In this document: positions 17,003 through 27,131 of the stretch, piece by piece | Layout: every line of letters begins with the position of its first letter | How positions within the stretch are numbered: the stretch's first letter is position 1 | Origin: a bacterium | GTDB taxonomy: Bacteria > Patescibacteriota > Patescibacteriia > JAHIZJ01 | NCBI GenBank assembly: GCA_030699685.1 | Contig: JAUYLJ010000054.1 | Location: 309 to 64,308, forward strand | Reading direction: 5' to 3' | Length of the DNA: 64,000 nt | Position numbers and translations under genes: made by a program | Notes under the pieces: generated by a model | The model's database searches: none | The model's input: the letters and a program-made list of their open reading frames with translations, nothing else | Told to the model about the DNA's origin: nothing

Positions 17003-18295
17003 TTACGCTTCTCTCAAATAGCCCCAGGTATGCAATTTGTCGTTATCTTCGTACCAGCGGTCGCCGATATCCATGCGATAGTACATATTGGGAATCAGTA
17101 TATTCTGAATGCGGTTGTAGGCTTGTTGCTGGGCCTGTTTCATCGTGGTGCCCGTACCGGCGACAATTAATGCCACTCCCGCCGATCCTGTCACAACCCA
17201 TTGATCGTTGGTGAGTTTGACGTCTTCAATATGGATCCCCTCAAGGTTCTTTTTCTTGAAAACCACCGTCGCTCCCTTGGAATACGAATCAAAGGTTTTT
17301 TTATCACGATAGGGGAAAGGCGGAACCACGACGCGAATGCCTATTTGAAAGCCCTTTTTCACCTTCAGGTGAGGGTCGCGTCCATAGGCCAGATCGGCCA
17401 AGAACTCACCGATCGGAGTGATCATCCCTTCTTGCTGAACACTGATGGTCGGATAGCCGAAGCGAGGGGTGAACTCAAGGGGATAAATTCCATTGCCATT
17501 GACGATGCAGTTAAGATCGACATACCCCACGAAGCGCTCTTCGGCCAGCTTACTCTCCATCTTCCCGATCGTTTGATTGAAGAGCCGGTTTGGACCCGAC
17601 CAGAACATCGTCGCTCCCATGTCGCCAGTCGATGGGCCGAGGTTTCCCGGAAACAGCTTCTTAAATTCAAAATTTACGTTGATGGGCTGAACAAACTGCT
17701 TGCCGTTAAAGAATGCTCCTACAGCGATCTCTACGCCGCTCACCCGCTTCTGGATCTGGAAGACTTTTATATGACTACTCCAAACGCGCTTATACGCTTC
17801 TAGGACGCGGATGACATCGCTGCCATCTTCTTCTTGGCCGACAAAAAGGAGCCGTTTGATATTTTGTGCCTCGCCGCTAGGCTTGATAACGTATTTTTCC
17901 GGATGTTCGTGGACGTAACGAATGGCGTCATCAAAGTTCGTAAATTCTTGATAGGAAAGGATGGGAATGCCAAAGCGTTTGAGCTCTTCCTGCCCGAAAG
18001 ACCGGTCTTCTTCAAGTCTGTCAGTGTAAGGTGTGCCGCCGATTACCGCTTTTCCTTGCCGGCGAAGTTTGTCTGCTTTGACCCCCATCCCCAGCGTGTC
18101 GTCAAAGATGATTACATCAGCCCAGTCGACCCGCTTTCGCCAGTCGTCAGTTTTCGGCACGAAACCGTCGGCAATGTCCGCTTCCAGCTTATTCTCAATA
18201 TCATACAGGACGTCGTGGCCCTCTTTATGCGCCTGCCAGGCGATATCGCCGATCAGTCCGTCGTCGGAAACGAAAAGAAATTTGATGGGTTTCAT
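17003..18295 (-). CDS. ATP-grasp enzyme, PurD (phosphoribosylamine-glycine ligase)-like
   Basis: ~430 aa with PurD-like domain order, YVIKPSGEAQ nucleotide-binding strand and C-terminal PurD_C-like region; start taken at MKPIKF (ATG 18295). Confidence 0.55.
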   Translation of the reverse strand: MKPIKFLFVSDDGLIGDIAWQAHKEGHDVLYDIENKLEADIADGFVPKTDDWRKRVDWADVIIFDDTLGMGVKADKLRRQGKAVIGGTPYTDRLEEDRSFGQEELKRFGIPILSYQEFTNFDDAIRYVHEHPEKYVIKPSGEAQNIKRLLFVGQEEDGSDVIRVLEAYKRVWSSHIKVFQIQKRVSGVEIAVGAFFNGKQFVQPINVNFEFKKLFPGNLGPSTGDMGATMFWSGPNRLFNQTIGKMESKLAEERFVGYVDLNCIVNGNGIYPLEFTPRFGYPTISVQQEGMITPIGEFLADLAYGRDPHLKVKKGFQIGIRVVVPPFPYRDKKTFDSYSKGATVVFKKKNLEGIHIEDVKLTNDQWVVTGSAGVALIVAGTGTTMKQAQQQAYNRIQNILIPNMYYRMDIGDRWYEDNDKLHTWGYLREA

Positions 18296-18452
18296 GGCAA
18301 TGAAGTAATACAAAACAAAACCACTGGCGATGATTCGGTGTTTTGTTTAAATTCGTCTGTCATTAATATTGATACTGTTCCCACAGTATACAGCAATCGC
18401 TTATTGAATACCATACTTGTGCGTCCATCATTCCGACGCTATACTTCACCGT

Positions 18453-19490
18453 ATGGATATTCAAGATTTTCTGCGCCAAAAAATTCAGTCGTGCGCCATA
18501 TATTTGTTGACGGATTCTGATCAACGGCGCTTGGCTGAGGAAGGTGTGGAAAAATTCATAGAGCGGGCGTTGTTATCCAAGAAGTTTCGGAAATGGAAAG
18601 TAGGAGAAGAATACCAAGCTGAGATTCGCCAGAATATACATTTTTCCGTCTCGAAAAATTTACCTATTAAATTAACGTTCTTTTTTGGCGGCTACAAGCT
18701 CTGGCGTTTCGAATCGAGTCCTGAGGTTGATTGGGCCGAATTTTTCGCGATTGCCTATTACCTGAGTTACGCGGCGCCAATAGCCGCGGCCTATCAGCCC
18801 GGAGTTGTGCTTCAATTCTGGGCGGCACATCCTTCCATCATGAGTCGACAGAGCAATATCCCCGAAAACGATTGCCAAAAGTACCGTCAGTCGCTTGAAA
18901 AACTGCTTGAACAATTCCGCCCGTATTTGCCGGAAAACATCAAAGCTGAGCTCCATTCATTTGCGGAGCTTTACCCGAATGATGACGAATACACAAAGGA
19001 GCTTGAGTCTTTAATCGCCCAGGTAAACGAAGAATATCTGACAAGCTGGCCCGAGGCGCGGAAAGAAAAGAAAGCCCGCACTTCAAACTTAAACATCCAA
19101 TGGAAGGGCGCGGAAAATTGGGAAGTCCTGTCAGAAGAAGAAAAGAACGAGAAAGTGCGTCTTGGGCCTGTTGTGCATGACGGATACTGCCGATTGTCTC
19201 GGGTGAACAACGCTATCAAAGGAAAGGGCAGATTTAACCTGACAGCCACTCCATTACCGAAAGGAGATTCAATTCCCATTGGGACAACGCGACCATCCGT
19301 GACAAAGTTTTGGACAGGATTTGGCATCCTATCAAAAAAGGGGGATACATACAGCGACAGAATCCTTTCTCCTCAGCAGTTTGAGACAGTGAAGAATCAA
19401 CCGCATGATGTGGTGGCGAGCGATTTGATTCCACTCAAGAATTTCAGGAGGATTTTAGTGTTTCACGAAGAGCCGGACTTCTCTCAATAG
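18453..19490 (+). CDS. hypothetical protein
   Basis: Long ORF with protein-like composition; start at MDIQDFL. Confidence 0.4.
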   Translation: MDIQDFLRQKIQSCAIYLLTDSDQRRLAEEGVEKFIERALLSKKFRKWKVGEEYQAEIRQNIHFSVSKNLPIKLTFFFGGYKLWRFESSPEVDWAEFFAIAYYLSYAAPIAAAYQPGVVLQFWAAHPSIMSRQSNIPENDCQKYRQSLEKLLEQFRPYLPENIKAELHSFAELYPNDDEYTKELESLIAQVNEEYLTSWPEARKEKKARTSNLNIQWKGAENWEVLSEEEKNEKVRLGPVVHDGYCRLSRVNNAIKGKGRFNLTATPLPKGDSIPIGTTRPSVTKFWTGFGILSKKGDTYSDRILSPQQFETVKNQPHDVVASDLIPLKNFRRILVFHEEPDFSQ

Positions 19491-19607
19491 AGAAAATAGT
19501 ACAACCAAGTTTGTGTTTGTATTTTTTTGACATATTGACAAAAGATACTGTAAGAGTAAGATAGTCACGCTCGTGGTTTTTCCCTACACCCGAACCTGGA
19601 GTTACTG

Positions 19608-21125
19608 ATGAACCCTGAAAACGTCGGACAAGCGCTCTTTGAACAATTGATGCAAACCATCCGCCGGCCAGTCGAGCTGCAGGCGGCGTCGTCCCGACTC
19701 TGGTGGGACGGCAAGACGCATGTCCCGCCTAAGGGCCAGGGTGCTCACGGCATCGTCAAATCGAGGCTTGAGCGTGAGGCACACTCGGCCTTGATGGAGG
19801 GTGAGACGGGTGATATCCTCGCGCGGCTAGATGGCCGTATGGACATGCTTTCTGAAAAGCAACGTTTGCTGGTTGAACGGCTGCTCTGCAGTTTCAAACG
19901 GCAGTCGGCCTTGAATGAGGGATTCGTCGGCCGTAGTTCTATCGTGATAGAAGCGGCAGCAGCGGCCTGGGCGCGGGCCAGGGAGAAGCAGGACTTCGCG
20001 ATCTTCCAGCCCCATCTCGAGGCAGTAATCGGAATCCAGCGAGAACAAGCTCGCTTCATGGGAGCCAGCCCCGACAGCGTCTACGAAGTTCTGTTCCAGG
20101 GTTACGAGCCCGGCATGACCGTGACGCGTTTGCGGGAAATCATGGACCTGTCCCTGGACAGACTCCAGGCGCTCTATCACAGACTGGTTGCTTCGGAACG
20201 AGTTCCGAATGCTGGCTTTCTGTCGGGAGACTTCTCGCCGGGCAAACAGCGTAACCTGGGTTTGGCCCTGCTCCACACAATGGGTCTTGACATGGAAGCG
20301 ATCGACTATGACCAGTCGGCCCATCCATTCATGTCGGGACAGTCGCGAGGTGACTGCCGGGTAACTACCCGTTTTGACCCTCGGTATCTGCCAATGGCGC
20401 TTTTCAGTACCATGCATGAGGGTGGTCACGCCATGGTTGAGCAACAGACTGACCCCATGCTGGACTGGACGCAGATCCCGGGATTTGTGTACTCGCTCGG
20501 CCTGCACGAGTCGCAGTCGCGGCTTTGGGAGAATCTGATTGGTCGAAGCTTGGACTTCTGGTCGTACTTCTACCCTCAGCTCCGCGTTCTCTTCCCGCAA
20601 TTCCGCGGGGTACTGATAGGCGACTTCGTTCGCGGAGTGAACGCGGTCAGACGGCAGCCCATCAGAGTGCAAGCCGACGAAGTTTCCTACAACCTCCATG
20701 TCTTGATCCGCACCGAGATCGAGATTGGGCTTCTGTCGGGGGATATCGACGTCGCGGATTTGCCGCAAGTCTTCGCCGACAAGATGGAGGAGTATCTAGG
20801 TGTCCGTCCGGCCAACGTCTCAGAAGGCGCTCTGCAAGACATCCACTGGAGCATTGGCGCTTTCGGGTATTTCCCGACGTACATGCTCGGGAACTTCTGC
20901 AGCGGCCAGCTTTTTCATTCTTTCTGCGAAAAGATTCCAAACTGGCGCCGCGAATTCGATATCGGTGATTTCACCAGTCTGGCGCGGTGGCTCGGTGAGA
21001 ATGTACACCGTTTCCTGCCGGTAGCTACTCTGGATGACCTGCTGGTACGTGTGACCGGCGAACCCCTCAATCCCGACTACTGGTTTGAGTACGTCGAGAA
21101 GAAGATGGACTGGGTTTACCAATGA
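19608..21125 (+). CDS. M32 carboxypeptidase (Taq-type metallocarboxypeptidase)
   Basis: HPF motif (SAHPFMSG), HEGGHAM zinc site, DIHWSIGAFGYFPTYMLG. Confidence 0.85.
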   Translation: MNPENVGQALFEQLMQTIRRPVELQAASSRLWWDGKTHVPPKGQGAHGIVKSRLEREAHSALMEGETGDILARLDGRMDMLSEKQRLLVERLLCSFKRQSALNEGFVGRSSIVIEAAAAAWARAREKQDFAIFQPHLEAVIGIQREQARFMGASPDSVYEVLFQGYEPGMTVTRLREIMDLSLDRLQALYHRLVASERVPNAGFLSGDFSPGKQRNLGLALLHTMGLDMEAIDYDQSAHPFMSGQSRGDCRVTTRFDPRYLPMALFSTMHEGGHAMVEQQTDPMLDWTQIPGFVYSLGLHESQSRLWENLIGRSLDFWSYFYPQLRVLFPQFRGVLIGDFVRGVNAVRRQPIRVQADEVSYNLHVLIRTEIEIGLLSGDIDVADLPQVFADKMEEYLGVRPANVSEGALQDIHWSIGAFGYFPTYMLGNFCSGQLFHSFCEKIPNWRREFDIGDFTSLARWLGENVHRFLPVATLDDLLVRVTGEPLNPDYWFEYVEKKMDWVYQ

Positions 21126-21134
21126 TGGAGGCTA

Positions 21135-21159
21135 CCTCGTTGTCACAACGGGGTTTTTT
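21135..21159 (+). terminator. intrinsic terminator (CCTCGTTG-tca-CAACGGGG + TTTTTT)
   Basis: 8-bp stem with one G-U, followed by a T6 tract 10 nt after the carboxypeptidase stop. Confidence 0.6.
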
Positions 21160-21168
21160 ATTATAAAA

Positions 21169-21193
21169 ACATCCCAATCACTCGGACTGGGAT
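21169..21193 (-). terminator. terminator for ridA (CATCCCA...TGGGATG hairpin + T-tract on minus)
   Basis: 7-bp stem overlapping the ridA stop, followed by TTTTTATAAT on the minus strand. Confidence 0.5.
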
Positions 21194-21609
21194 GAGGGAC
21201 GACAGGCGTGAACTTCGATCTCAACTTGGGCGCCCTTGGGCAGCCAGGCAACGCCGATCATGGTACGGGTCGGCAGGTTGACGATGCCTACCCTTTCCAT
21301 GATCCTTTCATAGAGCCGATTGAAGGCTGCTTCGACCTCTGGTCCCGTGGCAAGGAATACGCGCAGATGGAAGACATCCGTCACATTGAGGCCGGCGACC
21401 TGAAGGCGTCGAGAAATTGCCTCGAAGATCAACGTGACCTGGGCGGCAAAGGCTCTCTCCCTGACGCGCCCATCATCCCCGAGAGGGGCGATGATGCCCG
21501 AGAGCTGTATGATGCCGCATGGAAGCTCAGCGGCGGGAGAAAAAGGCAAGGAACTGTCTTGCTGAAACCCATTCGGAACCTTCCAACAGTCAGTCGTACT
21601 CTTTGTCAT
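21178..21609 (-). CDS. ridA: RidA/YjgF/TdcF-family reactive-intermediate deaminase
   Basis: TDVFHLRVFL...AAFNRLYERIM...PTRTMIGVAWLPKGAQVEIEV signature of the Rid family. Confidence 0.8.
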   Translation of the reverse strand: MTKSTTDCWKVPNGFQQDSSLPFSPAAELPCGIIQLSGIIAPLGDDGRVRERAFAAQVTLIFEAISRRLQVAGLNVTDVFHLRVFLATGPEVEAAFNRLYERIMERVGIVNLPTRTMIGVAWLPKGAQVEIEVHACRPSSQSE

Positions 21610-21734
21610 CTGAAGCTCCTCTGTTTGTGTAACCGTAGATCGGGTATTGGCGGCATCATACTTTATTGATATAGACGTGTCAACAATGTATACTCAAGCC
21701 AAGAAAGATCGTTTCCAAAATCATTTACCGTGGA

Positions 21735-23831
21735 TTGATGGGAAGCCGCAGCAAACTTTTTCTGACTACCGCGTTCGCGCTATATCTCGAACTTATCGCC
21801 ATCCGCTGGCTGGGTTCGGAAATCAGAATTTTTTCCTTCTTGAAAAACATTCCACTGATTGTCAGTTTTTTAGGTTTGGGTTTGGGAGTTATGGCGGCTT
21901 ACCCTCGCTTTGATTTGCGGCGCTGGATTCCCTGGACGCTTTTTGTATTTGTATCGGTCTTGGCTCTGGCGCCGATTATCGGCTTGTCCAGCTTGCCTAT
22001 ACCTTCAGGCGATGATGTGTGGATTTGGGGTTCGTCAGGAAAATATCTTGCTCCGATTCTCCAGAGCCAGACGCTCAGTTTTGCGTTGGCAGTGCTGTTA
22101 TTCGCGGTTGTAATCACTTTTTTTACACTGCTGCTTTTTGTCCTGTTTTTTGGGATTGGACAGATTATTCGTGAACGGTTTTTGCCTTTTCGCCCACTCC
22201 AGGCATATAGTCTCGATTTATTGGGTAGCATGACGGGCGTTGCACTCTTTGGTGTGGTTTCCTTTTTACAGCTTTCCCCATTCTGGTGGTTTTTCATCGC
22301 GATCGCCATGTATTTTGTTGCATTCCCATGTCGAAAATCAACGCTTACTCTCTTCGTGGCAGCGCTAGGGCTGGTGTATGTGGGAACGATGGATACTCGC
22401 TGGTCGCCGTATTATCGGGTTGAGGTTCAGCAGATTACGGAGGAAAATACAAATGAAGTTTCAACCGTGGTTCTTGATGTCAACCACTCATTTTTTCAGC
22501 ATATGGGTAATCACAATGAAGAATTTTTATCCCGAAACCCGGATTCATTACTAAGCAAAACAGCGTTTGATTACAATCTCCCTTACCGATTTGTCACTCG
22601 TCCGGGTGATGTCTTGGTGGTTGGAGCGGGTACGGGCAATGACGTGGCCGCCGCTTTGCGCGCGGGGGCAACGCATGTTGACGCTGTAGAAATTGATCCG
22701 GTTATTCTCGAACTGGGATCCGAGATGCATCCGGAGGATCCATATCATGACCCGCGGGTGACATTAATCAATGATGACGCGAGGAGTTATTTCGAGAAAA
22801 CGGACCGCCGGTATGACACTGTAGTGTATGGGCTGCTGGACTCACACACGTCCGTTTCGGCTTTTTCCAATGTCCGTCTGGATAATTTCGTATATACGCT
22901 TGAAAGTTTTGAAGCGGCAAAAACTCACCTTCAGGATGACGGCAGTCTGATATTCAGCTTCGGTACGGGTAAATCTTGGATACACGAGCGTCTAAGTTCC
23001 ATGCTGTCACGGGTTTTTGGACAGCAGCCTTTTGTGTTTAAACGTTTGATAGGAGGAGACGGTGGAATTTTTGTCTTGGGTAATAATCTTGATCTGGATG
23101 CCTTGGGTGATCCTACGGTCTCTTCCCAGGTTCTGAACATTCCTGGGAACACTTCAAATGTTGTTCCAACCGATGACTGGCCATATTTGTATCTTGAATC
23201 TCGAAAAATACCAACACTGTATCTTGGCACGTTGGGATTAATTCTGGTCATTTTTGTTTTTGTTGTCTGGAAGCTGCTAGGCGCAAAAACATTCACAATA
23301 TTTCGGTCGCGTGACGGCAATGTCTGGCACTTCTTTTTCCTGGGTGCCGCCTTTCTCCTGATAGAAACAAAAAGTATCAACGAGATTGCTTTGCTTTTTG
23401 GTTCAACCTGGGTGGTAAATCTTTCGGTAATTTTGGGAATTTTGTTTATGGCTTTTTTGGCCAACAGTTTGCTACGAACAAGGTTGAGAATTCCACGCTG
23501 GCTTGTCATCGCGGGACTTTTTGGCTCTTTGGTGTTGATGTACCTTGTCCGGGTGAGCAGTTTTTCCGGAGCCAGTTTTGGCATGAAATTCGTTCTGGCC
23601 GGGCTCTTTATCGCTCTGCCGTTGTTTTTTTCCGGTCTTCTCTTTTCTCAATCCTTGAAACACGCCAACAACATGCCTGAAGCCTTTGGCGCTAATCTCT
23701 TCGGCGCTTTTGCCGGTGGGCTGCTCGAAAACACCGCGTTGATTATTGGCATACACGCGCTAGTATTTGTGGCGGCGGCGTTATATTTTACAGCGGTGAT
23801 ATTGAGTCCCAGAACCAGAGAGAGTTCCTAG
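21735..23831 (+). CDS. polytopic membrane protein fused to a spermidine-synthase-like (aminopropyltransferase/MTase fold) domain
   Basis: Many TM helices flank a central domain with VLVVGAGTGNDV...VDAVEIDPVILE (spermidine synthase-like SAM/dcSAM pocket). Confidence 0.55.
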   Translation: MMGSRSKLFLTTAFALYLELIAIRWLGSEIRIFSFLKNIPLIVSFLGLGLGVMAAYPRFDLRRWIPWTLFVFVSVLALAPIIGLSSLPIPSGDDVWIWGSSGKYLAPILQSQTLSFALAVLLFAVVITFFTLLLFVLFFGIGQIIRERFLPFRPLQAYSLDLLGSMTGVALFGVVSFLQLSPFWWFFIAIAMYFVAFPCRKSTLTLFVAALGLVYVGTMDTRWSPYYRVEVQQITEENTNEVSTVVLDVNHSFFQHMGNHNEEFLSRNPDSLLSKTAFDYNLPYRFVTRPGDVLVVGAGTGNDVAAALRAGATHVDAVEIDPVILELGSEMHPEDPYHDPRVTLINDDARSYFEKTDRRYDTVVYGLLDSHTSVSAFSNVRLDNFVYTLESFEAAKTHLQDDGSLIFSFGTGKSWIHERLSSMLSRVFGQQPFVFKRLIGGDGGIFVLGNNLDLDALGDPTVSSQVLNIPGNTSNVVPTDDWPYLYLESRKIPTLYLGTLGLILVIFVFVVWKLLGAKTFTIFRSRDGNVWHFFFLGAAFLLIETKSINEIALLFGSTWVVNLSVILGILFMAFLANSLLRTRLRIPRWLVIAGLFGSLVLMYLVRVSSFSGASFGMKFVLAGLFIALPLFFSGLLFSQSLKHANNMPEAFGANLFGAFAGGLLENTALIIGIHALVFVAAALYFTAVILSPRTRESS

Positions 23832-23846
23832 CCGTACTATTTGTGC

Positions 23847-24644
23847 TTACTTGTGCGGAAGTAATACTCCCAGCTGCCAGAAAATGCCCACTCCGACCAA
23901 CATGCAGACCAACTGAACAAGACTGCGGCTGATTTTGCGCTCATGCTGTATGGTGGGAACTAGATCGGCCAACGCAATATAGATGAAGTTTCCGATAACA
24001 AAACCTAACAGTGGAAGCTCAATGTCCGTGAAGAATTCACTGGAAAAATAGACAATCAGCGCTCCAAGCGGACTGATAGCGGCGCCGATAAAATTCCACC
24101 AGATAACCTTTTTTTTGGACATGCCGCTGTGAATAAGGATGCTGAAATCACCTATTTCTTGTGGTATTTCATGGGCAATGACGGCCAGGGCGGAAATGAA
24201 TCCCAAGCTTGGATCAGCCATAAAAGCGATGGCAATAATCGCCCCATCAAGCAAATTATGAAGCGCGTCGCCAATAATTATTAATGGCCTGGCTGAGGCC
24301 ATTTTGTGGTTATGGATGACAGTTTCGCCTTCTACCTCATCTTCGTGCGAATGATGATGCCAGACAAGCAGCTTTTCAAGTATAAAGAAAACTAATATCC
24401 CAATAAGCATCATCAGTATTACCATGCGGCCGCCGTCTTGATCTGAGTGTTCAAAGGCTTCGGGTAAAAGATTAAGAAAAGTCGCGCCCAGAATACTGCC
24501 CGCCGCGAAACTAATCAAATACCTGGCCCAGCGTTGTACAACAGACTCTTTCCAGATGAGAAAAAAACCGCCCAAGAGTCCGAGAAGACTGACGCCCAAG
24601 GTAATGAGAAGAATGCCGAGAAGAGAGGATGATTCGAATTCCAT
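23847..24644 (-). CDS. zupT: ZIP-family metal (Zn) transporter
   Basis: HEIPQEIGDF signature and His-rich loop HHHSHEDE. Confidence 0.85.
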   Translation of the reverse strand: MEFESSSLLGILLITLGVSLLGLLGGFFLIWKESVVQRWARYLISFAAGSILGATFLNLLPEAFEHSDQDGGRMVILMMLIGILVFFILEKLLVWHHHSHEDEVEGETVIHNHKMASARPLIIIGDALHNLLDGAIIAIAFMADPSLGFISALAVIAHEIPQEIGDFSILIHSGMSKKKVIWWNFIGAAISPLGALIVYFSSEFFTDIELPLLGFVIGNFIYIALADLVPTIQHERKISRSLVQLVCMLVGVGIFWQLGVLLPHK

Positions 24645-24656
24645 ATTCGTTCCTTA

Positions 24657-25076
24657 TTATTGACAATTATTACAATAACCGAAAAATTCCAACGCGTGCC
24701 GTTCTATGGCGAAATTAAATCTCTTGGCCAGGCGAGTTTCTTCCCGACCCAGATCCTGCTTAAGTTTAATATCGGTGATGGAATCACATTTGAGGCAGAC
24801 CAGATGGTGATGATGCTGTTGGGTGATTTCATAGCGTTTTTTTCTGTCGTGAAGTCTGACCTCAACGAGAATATCCTGGTTCATTAGGAAATCGATTTCC
24901 CGATAGAGAGTGGTCTTGTTTGGTTTGAGATTCTGCTGGCTGAGTTTCCCAATGATTTCAGGAACGGACAGGGGAGTGCTTGAATTCGAAAGCAGCTCGA
25001 GTAAACGAAACCGTACCGGCGTTTCTCGGAAGCCTCGCCGCTTTAGATTTTCAATAATTTCCGGGGCATGAACCAT
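24657..25076 (-). CDS. zur: Fur-family regulator (probable Zur)
   Basis: wHTH N-domain; HHHHLVCLKC and CNNC metal sites; operonic with the ZIP transporter. Confidence 0.8.
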   Translation of the reverse strand: MVHAPEIIENLKRRGFRETPVRFRLLELLSNSSTPLSVPEIIGKLSQQNLKPNKTTLYREIDFLMNQDILVEVRLHDRKKRYEITQQHHHHLVCLKCDSITDIKLKQDLGREETRLAKRFNFAIERHALEFFGYCNNCQ

Positions 25077-25252
25077 GCTTGTATATTAATGCAACTTAGT
25101 TGCGTTTGTCAATAATTCCACTGTGGACAACTGCGATACAGGACTTTACAGGCAGCCTTACTTGATTGAACATGGCTTGACGTGAGGGATCGCATAGGAT
25201 ACTGTTTCGAGGAAAATAACCGATCTCGAGGCGCCTTTTCATCGGAAGGAGG

Positions 25253-26431
25253 ATGGCCGTGAAAAAGTTCGGAGGCGGTTCTGAGCAGTGGCTGACGATT
25301 CGTGTCAAAGGAAAACAGCGCCGAATCTTGGTTCGGCTGGGAATCTACGGCCTGAGATGGTTTGGGGTGATCCAGCGTCCGTTGGGACTGGCTGGTCAGA
25401 TTGCTGTTTACAATCATGACAGGCAATGTTGGCAAGTGGTGGCCAGCATCTACCACGCTTACCGGCAGATTTGGCACATTCTTTGGCAGCATGGCGTGGA
25501 TGTTCACACGGGTGAAAAATCGCGTATCCTCAAAGTTATTGAATTGGCCCGTGAGCTGAACGCGGCGGCTTTGGGGGTAAGCGCCGCCACCGTCAGCCAG
25601 GCCGAACTTCGTCAGCAGCTCCGTCCCAAGATTTACGAGGCTTCGCGGCTTCTGGGTCGACCCTTGCGGCCATCGAAACAGAAAGCGAAGCAGCAGCTAG
25701 TAGCGATTGGCGCTGCGCAAGACAGTCGTGGCCGGATCAATCCTACCGTCCAGCAGGTGAGATCCATCTCCGCTGTCAATAGACTATGGGAAAGGCTGGA
25801 GGATGAGATACTGGTGATCGACCCCCAAATGAGACGCCGGCAAGAGGTCGTGGTCACACTGATTCAGTGGGCTGAACTAGTGGTGTGGACCACATATGAA
25901 TTCTTGCTGCTGCTTGTCAGAAATGGGGGAATGGTCCACCCCTTCCTCGACAGTCATCGAAGGGAGGTGGCCAGGTTGGCTATTTTTTACGCCCAAGGCG
26001 TAGAGAGAATCGACTATCTTCCTTTTCGCGGCACTTGCCATGAGACGGCGAGCGACTTGAGGAAGCTCGCGGCGATCATAGAAGCAAATAGAGGAGCCGA
26101 ACTGCAGAAACAGATTCCACCTATCGTTCGGGTCTGTCGGTCAGCGCTGTTGTTGAAGCGGATGCAGTTTCTTCTCGAGGACTGGATTGACGGAGTGGCA
26201 CGGGAATTGGCCGAAGCTGGCTGCAGCCGTTTCCCTTTCACTACGTTACGACGCGATCTCGAAGTGATGAGACGGGAGCTTCGTAAGATAGGTGATCGGG
26301 GATTCCGCAAACCGGTCTGCCAATCCGCGATTGCCGCGTTGGACGAGACTCTCACTCTATTCGTAGAAGATGGCCAACCCGAACTTGGCCGCTTGAAAGA
26401 CTCTCTCAAAGCGATTTCTTTCGTACTTTAA
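25253..26431 (+). CDS. hypothetical protein (Arg/Leu-rich)
   Basis: 392-aa ORF; no recognisable motif. Confidence 0.4.
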   Translation: MAVKKFGGGSEQWLTIRVKGKQRRILVRLGIYGLRWFGVIQRPLGLAGQIAVYNHDRQCWQVVASIYHAYRQIWHILWQHGVDVHTGEKSRILKVIELARELNAAALGVSAATVSQAELRQQLRPKIYEASRLLGRPLRPSKQKAKQQLVAIGAAQDSRGRINPTVQQVRSISAVNRLWERLEDEILVIDPQMRRRQEVVVTLIQWAELVVWTTYEFLLLLVRNGGMVHPFLDSHRREVARLAIFYAQGVERIDYLPFRGTCHETASDLRKLAAIIEANRGAELQKQIPPIVRVCRSALLLKRMQFLLEDWIDGVARELAEAGCSRFPFTTLRRDLEVMRRELRKIGDRGFRKPVCQSAIAALDETLTLFVEDGQPELGRLKDSLKAISFVL

Positions 26432-26434
26432 ACA

Positions 26435-26463
26435 GCCACTGGCAATTCCGGTGGCTTTTTGTA
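26435..26463 (+). terminator. intrinsic terminator (AGCCACTGG-caatt-CCGGTGGCT + TTTTT)
   Basis: 9-bp stem with one G-U, followed by a T5 tract right after the 25253..26431 stop. Confidence 0.7.
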
Positions 26464-26490
26464 ACTCAAAAGCGTCCTGGGAAGGACGCT
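26464..26490 (-). terminator. terminator of the infC-rpmI-rplT operon (AGCGTCC-tgggaa-GGACGCT + T-tract on minus)
   Basis: 7-bp stem downstream of the rplT stop, followed by TTTTGAGTT on the minus strand. Confidence 0.6.
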
Positions 26491-26510
26491 CTGCAAATTT
26501 CTATCGGCCG

Positions 26511-26852
26511 CTATCGTACTTCTTTCACGATTGCTTCAAACACTTTAGGGTGGTTCAGGGCGATTTCTGCCAGTACTTTTCGATCAAGCTCAATTTTCTT
26601 TTTCTTCAGCCCGTCAATAAACGTCGAATACGTCAGTCCATGAGGCCTGACGGCGGCGTTCAACCGAACTTGCCAGAGCTGGCGGACAGCGCGTTTCTTT
26701 ACGCGACGATCTCTATACGCGTAAACTCCTGCCTTCGTTACCGCGGTTTTTGCTTGCTTGATCTTGTTCTTGCGCCCCCATCGGTATCCTTTGGCTTTTT
26801 TGAGCAGATTGCGTCGTCTCTTGACGTGAGTGGTGCCTCTTTTGACTCGCAT
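26511..26852 (-). CDS. rplT: 50S ribosomal protein L20
   Basis: MRVKRGTTHVKRRRNLLKKAKGYRWGR... is canonical L20. Confidence 0.95.
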   Translation of the reverse strand: MRVKRGTTHVKRRRNLLKKAKGYRWGRKNKIKQAKTAVTKAGVYAYRDRRVKKRAVRQLWQVRLNAAVRPHGLTYSTFIDGLKKKKIELDRKVLAEIALNHPKVFEAIVKEVR

Positions 26853-26928
26853 GATTGTAATTCAGAGTTAAGAATCCAGAATTTATGTTTTTACCCTTTC
26901 GCAATTCTGAATTCCAAATTATTAATTC

Positions 26929-27129
26929 CTAATTTGTGTACGGCATCAGGCGTTTAAGCGCACGCGTGTTGCTTTTGTCGGCGGTTTGGTCCCGTCTCTT
27001 ATTCCGCGTAGTTCGTCCGCGTTCACGGGAATTGAAGTGGTCTTGTCCGGCAGTGCGCTGCAGAATTTTTTTCTTGCCGGTCATTTTGAAACGCTTGCGT
27101 GTTCCTTTGTGGGTCTTGAGTTTAGGCAT
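26929..27129 (-). CDS. rpmI: 50S ribosomal protein L35
   Basis: MPKLKTHKGTRKRFKMTGKKK... is canonical L35. Confidence 0.9.
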   Translation of the reverse strand: MPKLKTHKGTRKRFKMTGKKKILQRTAGQDHFNSRERGRTTRNKRRDQTADKSNTRALKRLMPYTN

Positions 27130-27131
27130 TA

